Positions 53,283-64,000 of a stretch of 64,000 bases of DNA are shown here, piece by piece. This DNA comes from Camelus dromedarius. Lineage: Eukaryota. The stretch lies in assembly GCF_036321535.1 (NCBI RefSeq), contig NC_087437.1, positions 10,418,001-10,482,000 of the forward strand. Direction: 5' to 3'. Every line of letters starts with the position of its first letter. Within the stretch, counting starts at the first letter, position 1. The position numbers and the translations under genes were made by a program. Below the pieces are notes generated by a model. It searched no databases. It was not told where the DNA came from and saw only the letters and a program-made list of their open reading frames with translations.

Positions 53283-54769
53283 CCTACTTAGCCATTAGTA
53301 AGAGGAGGGAAAAATAACTGAGGATGTGGATGGAGATTATGTACTTAAGAAGAGGGGAAAATCTAGAATACATGTGGTTTGGGATCTATCTTGAGTAGCT
53401 GATGAGAAAGAAATTATTAGGACTGACAAGCAGAAGTTTATTTCTTTGCACTGAAATAAGACACCATAAATCTTTATGAGTGTACACACGTCGGGTACAG
53501 AGTCAGCATCTGTAATTGGGAGACCAGCACCTGGCATCATTCGACATCAGTAAGGACTTAACATCTCCTCCACAAAATGCCTTAGTCTGCCTATCACAGA
53601 ATAGAGCCTTTGTGTTAATTAACTGAATTCATTAAATTCATTAAATTCAATTATTAGAATTAATTTTGAATTAATTCAAGGTTGTCTCCTTGTTGTCCAC
53701 CCCTTGACTGATTTCCAGTCATGCTGTTCCCAGTTCTCAGTTACGTACCATCTCCTCTCCAGCCTTGACCCCTTTCTCCTCATTTTGGATCCCCAGTGAC
53801 CTTGGACTCTGTGGCCTTTGCCCTTTCCACCCCTACAGCTCTGCCTCAGCCAGGTTTGTGAATAACATGAAACCACATATTTCAGATCACATGTTTCTGA
53901 TCATGTTTCAGATCAGTGGGATCTGACACCAGAAATCATCCCACTCAATACCTACTATTCAACGTGGCCTCCTTTTTATTTAACGTCCTCCTTTCACTTA
54001 AAATTTGCCATCTCTTTACTAGTGAATGTTCATTAAGGACCTAGGATCCAGAGAATTGTTTAAATGCCATTTAGATGAAGAAGCACAGGCCAGTTGCCTG
54101 GAGGCCTGATTGGAAGCTAGGAGTTAGAAAAAGAAAGCAAAATAACTAGGGAAATGTATCTCTATAAATATATTTTAAAACTATGTAGCAATATAATAGC
54201 CATAAAATTGGATCTCCTTCCCTAGGGGAAGTGGGTAACATAGTATCAGAGGCCTTGACAGGCAGAAAAACCCCCTTTTCCAAGTTGGAAGGTATCATTC
54301 TTTGATCAAAAAACATAAGATCCTTTCATTTTCCCAACTACAGTCAGTGTTTCCATTTCAAAGGCCACTTGCTGTTTCTGATCTGTTATCAGTCAGGCAG
54401 ACTCAACACAGAAAAGCCACTTTAGTGTAAGCGGCTGTCTCCTTTAACAAACGCAGGCTTCAGGCTCCCATCCTGCTAAAAGTGTACAGCTCAAGACAAA
54501 AAAGGTGGAAATGAGAGGAAAGCCACCTTCACCATGGGAAGGTGGAAATCGATTGAGAGAAGCAGAGACGTCCAAGGTAGGTGAAATGTGGCAGATTGTG
54601 TGGCTAAGAAATACCTTTGTTCCAAGCTACTTTCTCTCCAATGAACTGCCCAGAGAAAAATGCCCGGATGTTGTGGGGCAGGTGTAGCTATGACATTGCA
54701 ACTAGAAAGGACGGTACGGGAATATACCCTAACACCCAATACACATCAGCCTCTGTGCTGGCTTTTTAA

Positions 54770-54905
54770 ATACAGTGAACCCCACAATCACTTCTGATGA
54801 GTAAAGGGAAGCTCAGAGAGTCAGACACTTGCCCATAGGTTTACTCTTAAGTGGAGAAGCCATTAGTCAAATCCCTAGCTCTCCAACCCCGAAGCCTGAG
54901 CTTTT
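54770..54905 (-). mobile_element. MIR fragment
   Basis: 'gatgagtaaagggaagctcagagag...acttgccca'. Confidence 0.55.
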
Positions 54906-55265
54906 CCTTCTCTCTCTCTCTCTTTTTTTCCTCATGTCTCCTACAGCTTACTGCCTCCATGAATCAGAGAGAGGCTTGGATGTGCTAGTCTGTGGACTGG
55001 TTGAGCCAGGACAAACATTTGTTTTCATTTTGTCCCTTCTGTGTACATCATAATTGCGCCTCCCTCAAAAAAAAAGGTTTGGTCAAATAAATCCGAGACA
55101 CATGGAAACATCTCGGTCTCATTTCCACCACATAAATCATACTTGCCAGTTGTCAACTTTGCTGAATTGGTGGTTCACCAGTCAAACTACTGATTCACTC
55201 ACATGCTTCGCTTCAATGGGACCACAATGTAATGTTCTCCACCTGAATTTTTTTCAGGGGCTCTT

Positions 55266-55385
55266 TTTGCGGGGGGTAGGTAATTAGGTTTACTTACTTA
55301 TTTTTAGAAGAGGTACCAGGGATTGAATCCAGGACCTTGTGTGTGCTGAGCATGTGCTCTGCCACTTGAGCTATACCCTCCCCCC
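55266..55385 (-). mobile_element. tRNA-Ala-derived SINE (vic-1 type)
   Basis: Minus strand GGGGGAGGGTATAGCTCAAGTGG...GGATTCAATCCC; TSD tttcagg(g/a)gctctt (55252-55265 / 55386-55399). Confidence 0.92.
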
Positions 55386-55819
55386 TTTCAGGAGCTCTTG
55401 ATATCACTTATTCATAGGATTCATTCAATAGTGTTACTCAATAATAGACAACCGGGCAAAGGACAAAAAGAAAAATGACAGCTGGGGTGGAAGGACAGTT
55501 GGAGTTGAGCCCAACATGAGCTGGGTCTTCAGTCCAACAATAAATATAATTTCTCAGCTAGTTCTGTTTCTGATTTATTTACTTCTCTTTGTTTCCCTGC
55601 ATGAACTTCTGTGACTGGATTCATGTTTGTGGGTTTTTTTTTTAATTATAAAAGTAATACAAACTGTAGAATTATATACTTGCTCAATTCTCTGGGTTAA
55701 ATTTGGTGTTGCTTTTTTCATACCTTTCTCCATACACTACACAAACGTTCATAATTATAAGAAAAAATTTCCTACACTCTATTCAACAATTTTTTTTTTA
55801 ACCACATAGTACATCATGG

Positions 55820-56280
55820 ATTTTTTTTAATTGATTTACAATGTTGTGTTAGTTTCTGGTGTACATCACATTGATTCAGTTATCCATATACATTCTTTTT
55901 TATATTCTTTTTCATTACAGATTATCACAGGCTATGGACTATAGTTCTGGTGTTATACAGTAGGATCTTGTTGTTTATCTATTTTATATATAGTAGTGTA
56001 TATCTGCAAATCCTAATTTATCCCTTCCCCTCGCTTTCCCTCCTGGTCGCCATCAGTTTGTTTTCTATGTCTGTGAGTCTCTTTCCATTTTGTAAATAAG
56101 TTCATTTGTGTCATTTTCTTTAGATTCCACATGTAAGTGATATCATATGGTATTTTTCTCTCTCTTTCTGGCTGACTTCACTTAGAATTATGATCTCTAG
56201 GTCCATCCATGCTGCTACAAATGGCCTTATTTCATTCTTTTTCATGGCTGAGTAATATCCTCTTGTGTGTGTGTATATAC
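55820..56280 (-). mobile_element. 5'-truncated L1 3' end nested in an older L1ME-like fragment (~55630-56750)
   Basis: YYSAMKKNEIRPFVAAWMDLEIIILSEVSQ ORF2 tail plus 3' UTR. Confidence 0.92.
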
Positions 56281-56804
56281 ATGTATTTACATCAGAATTG
56301 AAAGGGAAACAGAGTATGACTATGAGTGACATCTTTGGGAGAAATGACCACAACCAGATGTAAGTAAATTTTTCCCTGAGGAGAATAAGGTACATTTCCA
56401 GGCCAGCATAATAGCTATGACTTCCTTCCATTCTATTATATAAATGTGCCACAATGTTCATTTCTTTTTAATTATATGAGAATTCCATAATATATTTAAC
56501 TATGCTCCCACTGATGAATATGTACATAGTTTCCAGTATTATTTTAATTACAATAGATGACATTTCAATAAGCTCATATCTTTATGCTCAAATTTACATG
56601 TACTGGAACTTCTTTCATCACAGGATGTAGCCCCAAAAATGGGATAAAGAATTTTAAAATTCTTTAAATTTTTGATTTTGTTAGATGCTGCCAGATTACC
56701 TTCCCAGTAGGTAATAACATTTCACACTTCTACTGGCCCATTTCCCCGTATCACTCTGAGAAGCTCTGTGAATATCAGGTGTACTGACCCCTAAATGTTA
56801 AATA

Positions 56805-58200
56805 CTCATTCATGGAGCAGCACCAATAAAATATTAAAAATATACATACTGAGCACAAACTTTGTGTTGAGCACTTTGCTGCGCACTGGTGATAGAAAGT
56901 TAAACAAAGCCTGGCCTTCATCCTTGAGTGGCTTACAAATCAAATAAGAAAAGCAATTTGATTTTTGCAAGAAGAAAAGGTTTTGCATGGTGCAACAGGA
57001 GACGAGATTTGGGAAAATCAGATTGGAAGATCTGATTAAATATGTGCAGCCAAGTACTTATAAGTGCTTGTTTCGAAGAAGTAAAATTTAGTTGGATAAA
57101 GAAGAGGAAAAGAATATTCCAGGCAGACAGAAGAGACTAGGAGAAGCCACGGAGGCATTAAAAAAACTGCCCGTTCACATCAAAGGAGATTCCAGGGACG
57201 TGGCAAAAACATGCAAGGAGGGATCACAGAGAACAACCCAAAATGTGCTATAAAAATTGGCAAAACTTGAATGAGGTCTGTAGATTCTGTAATACTATTT
57301 TACTGGTGTTAAATTTCTTGAGTTTGATAACAGCCCAATGTTTGTGTAAGTGAATGCCTTTGTTCTTAGAAGATAGATACTTGGTAAAAGGGGCACAATG
57401 TCTATGATTTACTCTCAAATGGTTCAGAAAATAAATAGTACTAAGATAAGATAGACAGATGATAGATAGGTAGTTGTAGATGGATGACTGGAAGGGTGAC
57501 GAAGCTAATGTGAAAAATGTTAACAACTGGCAAAATATAGATGAAGAATATATAGGATTTTTTGACACTGGTCTTGCCTTTTTTTTTGTAAATTTGAAAT
57601 ATTTCAAAATAAAAGTGTTTTTTTCTATCACCATTCAAAGTACAAGAATGCCTTCACTGACCATCAGTTGGTTCTCTATGACTAGCATGAATGACAGAAT
57701 GGAAAGTAGTGAGTCTGAGGGAGAGAGACAAGTCCAGGCAAATTCTTGAAAGGCCTTGTGCTTGCTGAGAAATTATAATTTTATCCTGAAAGCCATGAGG
57801 AGGAAAGGAATGCTAAAATCTAATGGAATTTTTTAAGAGTACTTTAGCAGCTTTGCAGAGATGAACTTGCCCTGGGACCAAATGAGGGGCAGAAGACCAG
57901 CTGGGAGGTCACCACCATCCATCAGACAAGTGGAGGTCTCACAAGGCAACGGCTAAGAGGTGGAGAAAGGGCACAGCAACCAAAATGGGTTACGATTCCT
58001 CATGACCCAGAAAGTGGAGGATGTGGGAGGGTTCTGGCTCAGGAAACTGGTTAGATGGTGATGCAAGTCACCAAAATAGAAAGTAGAGGTAGAGGATGAG
58101 TGGGGAGAGAGCAGATGGATTCTGGACTGACTGTGATGAGTTCAAAGCACACATGGAAAAAATCAAGGGGAGACATAGAACTCAGAGAAGTCTGGACATG
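56805..58200 (-). mobile_element. LINE-2 fragments interrupted by a plus-strand old L1 3' UTR (~57245-57620)
   Basis: L2: 'aatattccaggcag', 'ttttatcctgaaagc', 'gggttctggctcaggaaactgg'. L1MC/D-like: 'gtgttaaatttcttgagtttgataac', 'tactctcaaatggttcagaaaa'. Confidence 0.7.
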
Positions 58201-58727
58201 AGATATAGACTTCAATATCGTCTGCACGTAGATGGTTTGGGCTTCAGTAAAGGACTGGTTCTTACAGCTTTTTGCCTACTTCACCACTGTCAAATTAACA
58301 TCTTCTGAAAGTACCCTATTTTCAAAAGTGGTAACTTGTTACCCTACTATACCTGGGATGCCTTCTTCCAAGTACTTGTGGAAACAGACCCAGCCAAAAA
58401 AATATATTAACAAGTGCTCTAGATTGAAAGAAGATTATGTGTCACACCCTAGAGATCTTTCCATTAAATGCAGCAGTGGTGAGCTGTTATGCAAAATAAT
58501 GTCATGGCTCACTGCATCACTGGAGCCAGAAGAATGTAGCTCTGAAGAAGGGGGCAGATCTGATCCATCTGCACAGGTCCCCCTTAGCTCATCAGGGGCT
58601 TCACAGACACCAGAACCATCCAGCCTGCCCCCCCCAATCCCTCACCAGCACCACCCAGCAGCACTGTTTCCTGAAGCTGCCTGTGTGGCGCCATATTCTC
58701 TGGTGACAATTGGGAGGGAAAGCAGGA

Positions 58728-58867
58728 ACCTGGGAACTTGCTAGAAATGCAAATTCTTGGGCCCCACACCAGATCTACTGAATCAGAAATTGGAGTTGGG
58801 CTCAGCAATCTGTGTTTTAATGAGACCTCAGGAGATTCTGCTGCACAGCAAAGTGTGAGAACCACTG
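58728..58867. mobile_element. MER5A hAT-Charlie MITE
   Basis: 'cctgggaacttgctagaaatgcaaattcttgggccccacaccagatctactgaatcagaa...tgagaaccactg'. Confidence 0.92.
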
Positions 58868-59066
58868 TCACAGACTTAAAGGAGGAAAACGAGCCTATTA
58901 TGATATCAGTCCAACAAATGGTCCCACCCAAAAGCTGGAAATGATGAGCTTCTCAAGATGCAACCCCTGTCTTTTAATTTTTTTAAGTCCCTATAAAGCC
59001 AAAGCTAAATGTATTAATTCAATAACTAATTCCTGGGTACTAAATGAGTCTGTTCTTAATTAATAT

Positions 59067-59142
59067 GAAGGAAGGAAGGAAGGAAGGAAGGAAGGAAGGA
59101 AGGAAGGAAGGAAGGAAGGAAGGAAGGAAGGAAGGAAGGAAG
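59067..59142. repeat. (GGAA)n microsatellite
   Basis: About 18 uninterrupted units visible, followed by a degenerate purine tract. Confidence 0.98.
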
Positions 59143-59379
59143 GGGGAGTTGGAGGAGGTGAGGAAGGAGGGAGGAAGAGGAGTTTGGCTATACAAAATCT
59201 GTGATTTCAAAGCTATCCCAGACTTTTAAAAATCCATCTTTTTCTGTCATTCTTCCAACAGTGGCCAAGAAGAAATAAGCACATGAGGGTGCAGGAAAAT
59301 GAGCCAAGATCCTATGGGTGGTTAAAAAAAAAAAAAAAAAAAAAAGGAGAAACCAGGTGAACAAAAAAGTATTTCTCAA

Positions 59380-59718
59380 GGGGGTGTGGAGAAAAGGGAG
59401 CCCTCTTATTCCTTTGTTAGAAATGTCATTTGGTGCAGCCATTATGGAAAACAGTATGGAGATTCCTTAAAAAACTGAAAATAGAGTTACCCTATGATCC
59501 AGCTATCCCACTCCTGGGCATATATTGAGAGGAAACTCTAATTTGAAAAGATACATGCATCCCCAATGTTCACAGCAGCACTATTTACAATATCCAAGCC
59601 ATGGAAGCAACCTAAATGTCCATCAACACATGAATGGATAAAGAAGATGTAGAATACTACTCAGCCATAAAAAAGAATGAAATAATGCCATTTGCAGCAA
59701 AATGGATGGACCTGGAGA
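59380..59718 (+). mobile_element. L1 ORF2 C-terminal fragment lacking 3' UTR and poly-A
   Basis: 'gtgtggagaaaagggagccctc...tatgatccagctatcccactcctggg...aatggatggacctggag'. Confidence 0.9.
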
Positions 59719-60179
59719 ACCATAATCCTGAGACCCAACCTCCCCTGAACCTCAACTTCCTTGTCTATACATTTAGCATAATAATAGTCCATGCCTTATT
59801 GACTTCACAGGTGCTTCTAAAATGCAAATAAGACTATGTGTACAATATATACCTTTGATGCAATAAACATGATGTGATATTGGTTTTTAACAGGTAGTGA
59901 ACTTAAAAATGTGCACTGATGGCACACAGAACAGGAACTAAGTCTCTCTACTTTATTAACCATTCTTAAGGAAGTAAGATAAGCTTTGGGAAAGAGTACT
60001 CCTCTCTACACTAGGTAGAAAGCAAAATCAATACAGCCATGATTGTTTTCAGAATTAAATAACACTTTGCACAGTATGTGACTTCTAGATGGCATTCAGA
60101 AGTGTTACTTTCCCTTTCCCACAGCCATTTAAATGTCTTATTTCTTCCATCATATGCTTTAAATTGAAGTATACCAGAA

Positions 60180-60908
60180 AAAAAGTAAAGAGTACTTAAT
60201 ACTGTTATTCACTTTGATGAAGAATGAGCTGTCCTAAAGAAGACTTGAGCAAATGCAAAAACATCCTTTGTTCTTGATTAGGATATCTCAAAATCATCAA
60301 TATACCAGTTCTAAGGACATGTATCCGTTTAATGGGATCTCAATAAAAATATCAACAAGCTGTTCATGGAGCTAGACAAACTGATCCTAAAGTTCACACA
60401 GTGATTTTAAAAATCCACAAAAGAATAGACAATAAAATACTGAAAAGGAAGAGCTTTTAAGGAAGGATTGCCCTGCCAGTCATTGGAGCATTGTATAAAG
60501 CCTTGATAATTAAAACAGTGTGGTGCTGGTGCATGAGGAATAAAACAAGTTCAGGAATATGCCCCACAAAATGCAGAAATCTGGATACAATCAAAGTGGC
60601 ATCTCAGATCGCTGGAGCAAAGTTAGTTTCTTAATAAGTGGTGTTGAGATAACTGGATGACCATTTAGGAAAAAAAAAAAGATAAAATTATATTAATTCC
60701 TCAAACCGTACCCAAGCATAAATTCCAAATATATCTGAGACCTTAATATAAAAAGTAAAATCATACAAATGTAGGAGAAAAACAAGTGAAATCCTCTTTA
60801 ACCTGAGTGTAGGGAGAGTTTTCTATGACTAAAACTCTAGATGCAGTAAAAGAGAAGTCTGATAAATTTGACTGTAAAAATTAAGAATGTTTGTATGGCC
60901 AATTTTTT
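60180..60908 (+). mobile_element. Old L1 ORF2 fragment (target of the young element)
   Basis: 'gacaaactgatcctaaagttcac', 'taattaaaacagtgtggtgctgg', 'aataagtggtgttgagataactgg'. Confidence 0.8.
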
Positions 60909-60924
60909 AAAAAACACCAAAATA

Positions 60925-63900
60925 GGAGAGAAGCAATATGGCGGAGTAGAAGGATGCTTGTAGCTCACCCTCTCCCACAAATACACCAAAACTCACATCT
61001 ACGGACCTACTCAGTCACCCGGAGAACCTGCCAAACTCTAACAGAACATCTCCCTCTTCAAAAGACAAAGACGCCAAAAATCTGGTAGGAGAAAAGGAAA
61101 AAAGAAAGAAGAAAAAGCAAAACAGTGCAGGGCCAATCCCATGGGGAGGGAGTGGCAAAGGAGGACTGGCGCTTATTCACTGGGCTTTCCCTCTCCAATG
61201 GAGAGGCCAATGGGATGGAGGGGGAGCCTCCGAGGCTCAGATCTGCCCCAAACACCCCTTGACCAACAGAACTGAGTTAAACGGGCACAAAGGGTCCCCA
61301 TGACACCCAGCCCGAGACGTGACTCAGTAGCTGGGGCCGGGGCAGGTGGCCCAAGCCAGGCGGAGGACTGGGGCGGCTGCACTGAGGCAGCCCTGGGGGA
61401 CTGCAGGGTGCTGCGCACCATGGCTGGGAAGGGATACAGAGCAGAACCACCTCGGTCCCCTATACATTGCGAAAAAGCAAAGCAACACGGCTGGTGTGCC
61501 CTGGGGGGAGGGGCGCTGTAGCCTTTGTCTCCTCAGACCTGCGCCACCATTACTGGCACTTCTTGTGAGAAGAGAGGCAGGGTAGAGACACAGCAGCATC
61601 TTCTCCTGTGCACAGCGCCTGGGCGGGGGCGGGCTGAGACCTGAATCCACACCTGGGGGCTCTGCAACCTCCTAGGCAGGACTAAGACTTATTTACAGCC
61701 CGAAGCAGATAGGATCTTTCTGCCCTGGCACCTCAGAGAACTTGTGTCACCAAGACAAACAAGGAGCTGAGATTTGACGCAGAGCAGAGGTGGGGCTGTT
61801 CTGCGGTCTTCCCCAGCCCGCCTTTGGAGCACTGAACCAAGGCAGAGCGGGCAGCTGCACAGAGCAGTGGAGCAACCAGCCCCGGGAGAAGGTGGGTGGC
61901 AACCTGCCTTCCTGGCAGGAACACAGCACCTGACCACGGTGCTGGGAGGGGGCGTGATCCGCCCACCTGCCTCGCCCAACCGCAGCATCTGACTGCAGCA
62001 TCAGGAGGGGGAGTGACCTACCCACCCACCAGATAAGAGCTCAGCACCTGACCCAGTGTTGGGAGGGGGCATGATCTGCTAGCCAAAAGCCACTAGGAGC
62101 AGCACAGAAGAGGGCTCCAACAGAGGGCCTCTGGAAACAGCAAGCTGAGTTCACAAAACAAGGCGAAGACACAAAGACCTCTCAATAAAATCATTAAGAG
62201 CACAGCGTCTCCAGGAGAACTAGATAACTGATACTCCTTAAGCCAGTGCCAGAGAGATATGAGCAATATGAAGAAGCAGAGGAACCACTCCCAATTAAAA
62301 GATCAAGAGAAATCCCCTGATGGAATTCTCTTGGAATTCCTGGAATCATGGAAATAGATATTGGTGCCCTGCTAGATCAGGATTTCAAAAAAGGAGTGAT
62401 CAAAGTACTGAACGAACTAAAAGAAATAGTGTTTAGAGATATAAAATATGTCAAAAATGAAATAGAAGCTATAAAGAAGAACCAAGTAGAACTGGTAAAC
62501 TCACTTGCTGCGATGAGAGCTGACCTAAAGGCTGTACAAATCAGGCTAGATAATGCAGATGAACGAATAAGTGACCTAGAAGACGGGACAACAGAAAGCA
62601 CCCAATCAGAACGGCTGAGAGAAAAACAAATAAAAAACAATGAAAACAATATAAGGGACCTAGGGGATAATATAAAGCATGCCAATCTATGCATAATAGG
62701 GGGTCCAGAAGAGGAAGAAAGAATAAAGGGGATTGAAAAGGTATTTGAAGAAATCATGACTGAAAACTTCCCAAACCTAAAGGAATCAGATATCCATGTA
62801 CAGGAGGCTCAGAGGGTCCCAAACAGGAAGAACCCAAACAGACCTGCACCAAGACATATCATAATCAAGATGGCCAGAGTCAAGGATAAAGAAATGATCC
62901 TAAGGGCAGCAAGAGAAAAACAAAGAGTGAGTTACAAGGGAACTCCCATAAGGCCCTCAGCTGATTTCTCTGCACAAACACTACAGGCCAGAAGGGAGTG
63001 GCAAGATATATTCAAAGTCCTGAATGAAAAAAAGATGCAGCCTAGGATACTGGATCCAGCAAGGCTATCCTTTAGAATAGAAGGAGAGATAAAGAACTTC
63101 ACAGATAAGCAAAAACTAAAAGAATTTAGCCACACTAAACCCATGCTGAAAGAAATATTGACAGGTCTACTTTAAATAGAAAAGAAGCAGGATGCTACAG
63201 AAATGAGAAACTCATAACTGGAAAGGAGATAACTGCCATGAATATCAAAAATAATAAACACAAAATTGTAAATAGAAGATATCTAAATCATTAAGAGTGG
63301 GAGAGGGAAGCAAGGAAAGCCACTGTGGAAAGCAGTATGGAGATTCCTCAAAAGACTAGGAATAGACTTCCCTTTAACCCAGGAATCCTGCTCCTGGGCA
63401 TATATACAGAAGGAACCCTACTTCAAAATGACACCTGCACCCCAATGTTCATAGCACCACTATTTACAATAGCCAAAACATGGAAACAGACTAAATGTCC
63501 ATCAACAGATGACTAGATAAAGAAGAAGTGGTATATTTATACAATGGAATACTATTCAGCCATAAAAACCAACAACATAATGCCATTTGCAGCAACATGG
63601 ATGCTCCTGGAGAATGTCATTCTAAGTGAAGTAAGCCAGAAAGAGAAAGAAAAATACCCTATGAGATCGCTCATATGTGGAATCTTAAAAAAATAAATAA
63701 ATAAATACAAAACAGAAACAGACTCATAGACATAGAATACAAACTTGTGGTTGTCAAGGGGGCGGGAGGTGGGAAGGGACAGACTGGGATTTTAAAATAC
63801 AGAATAGATAAACAAGATTATACTGTATAGCACAGGGAAATATATACAAGATATTGTGGTAGCTTACAGCAAAAAAAAAAAAATGTGACAATGAATATAT

Positions 63901-64000
63901 ATATGTTCATGTATAACTGAAAAATTGTGCTCTACGCTAGAACTTGACCCAACATTGTAAAACAACTATTACTCAATAAAAAAAAATGTAAAAAAAAAAA
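60925..64000 (+). mobile_element. Young ORF1-only (HAL1-like / ORF2-deleted) L1 element, ~3.1 kb
   Basis: Starts after 'tttt/aaaaaacaccaaaata' with 'ggagagaagcaatatggcgg'; ~1.3-kb CpG-rich 5' UTR; ORF1; 140-bp spacer; abrupt jump at 63318 to the last ~370 bp of ORF2; 3' UTR; AATAAA and poly-A at the window end. Confidence 0.95.
62348..63175 (+). CDS. L1 ORF1p (coiled coil-RRM-CTD RNA-binding protein), open for 275 codons, N-terminus frameshifted
   Basis: RLDNADERISDLED, NLCIIGGPE, EIMTENFPNL, QEAQRVP, PRHIIIKM, KEMILRAAREK, YKGTPIR..ADFS..TLQARREW..IFKVL.EK...PRIL.PARLSF are L1 ORF1p motifs. Confidence 0.9.
   Translation: MEIDIGALLDQDFKKGVIKVLNELKEIVFRDIKYVKNEIEAIKKNQVELVNSLAAMRADLKAVQIRLDNADERISDLEDGTTESTQSERLREKQIKNNENNIRDLGDNIKHANLCIIGGPEEEERIKGIEKVFEEIMTENFPNLKESDIHVQEAQRVPNRKNPNRPAPRHIIIKMARVKDKEMILRAAREKQRVSYKGTPIRPSADFSAQTLQARREWQDIFKVLNEKKMQPRILDPARLSFRIEGEIKNFTDKQKLKEFSHTKPMLKEILTGLL

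Noticed and set aside
53615..53680. AT-rich palindromic cluster (ttgaattaattcaa, repeated attaaattc)
   Set aside because: Low complexity; short AT palindromes and slippage repeats are expected by chance.
58232..58744. 170-aa ORF, the longest non-L1 ORF
   Set aside because: No recognisable domain; starts at the edge of L2 debris and ends in MER5A; no convincing exon structure.
59044..59229. ORF with KEGR repeats
   Set aside because: Translation of the (GGAA)n microsatellite.
61058..62025. Cluster of overlapping ORFs, possible ORF0-like antisense ORF
   Set aside because: Stop-poor GC-rich 5' UTR gives open frames on both strands by chance; no recognisable motif.
62348..63175. Domesticated L1TD1-like host gene
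   Set aside because: It is embedded in a young element with L1 5' UTR, 3' UTR and poly-A, has no introns and has a broken N-terminus. An open frame is expected from young age alone.
1..64000. CRISPR array, operon or prokaryotic/viral defence system
   Set aside because: No regularly spaced repeat-spacer units and no gene-dense coding DNA; the sequence is typical mammalian repeat-rich non-coding DNA.

Overview
Mammalian genomic DNA, most likely camelid (alpaca, llama or camel). This is inferred from two tRNA-Ala-derived vic-1-type SINEs and the absence of recognisable Alu, Bov-A/BovB, PRE-1 or Can-SINE copies. The window is intronic or intergenic and dominated by interspersed repeats: L1 of several ages, L2, L3/CR1, MIR, MaLR/ERV solo LTRs, hAT DNA transposon fossils and microsatellites. 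I recognise no host protein-coding exon, true tRNA/rRNA gene or prokaryote-type system. Almost all listed ORFs are L1 remnants, microsatellite artefacts or chance ORFs. Notable items: (1) a young ~3.1 kb ORF1-only ('half-L1'/HAL1-like) retroelement at 60925-64000, with a full CpG-rich 5' UTR, a 275-codon open ORF1, nearly all of ORF2 missing, and a fold-back insertion that uncouples the ORF1 N-terminus; (2) a doubly deleted L1 at 29.7-31.8 kb whose 5' UTR carries a 95-bp templated copy of sequence lying 1.2 kb away; (3) a multi-layer nest of L3>MaLR>L2>L1>(TA)n; (4) a promoter-like CpG-enriched region near 50.2-51.3 kb with candidate minus-strand non-coding exons downstream. Repeat family names come from recalled consensus motifs, not a database search. 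Boundaries are approximate unless a target-site duplication (TSD) is quoted.
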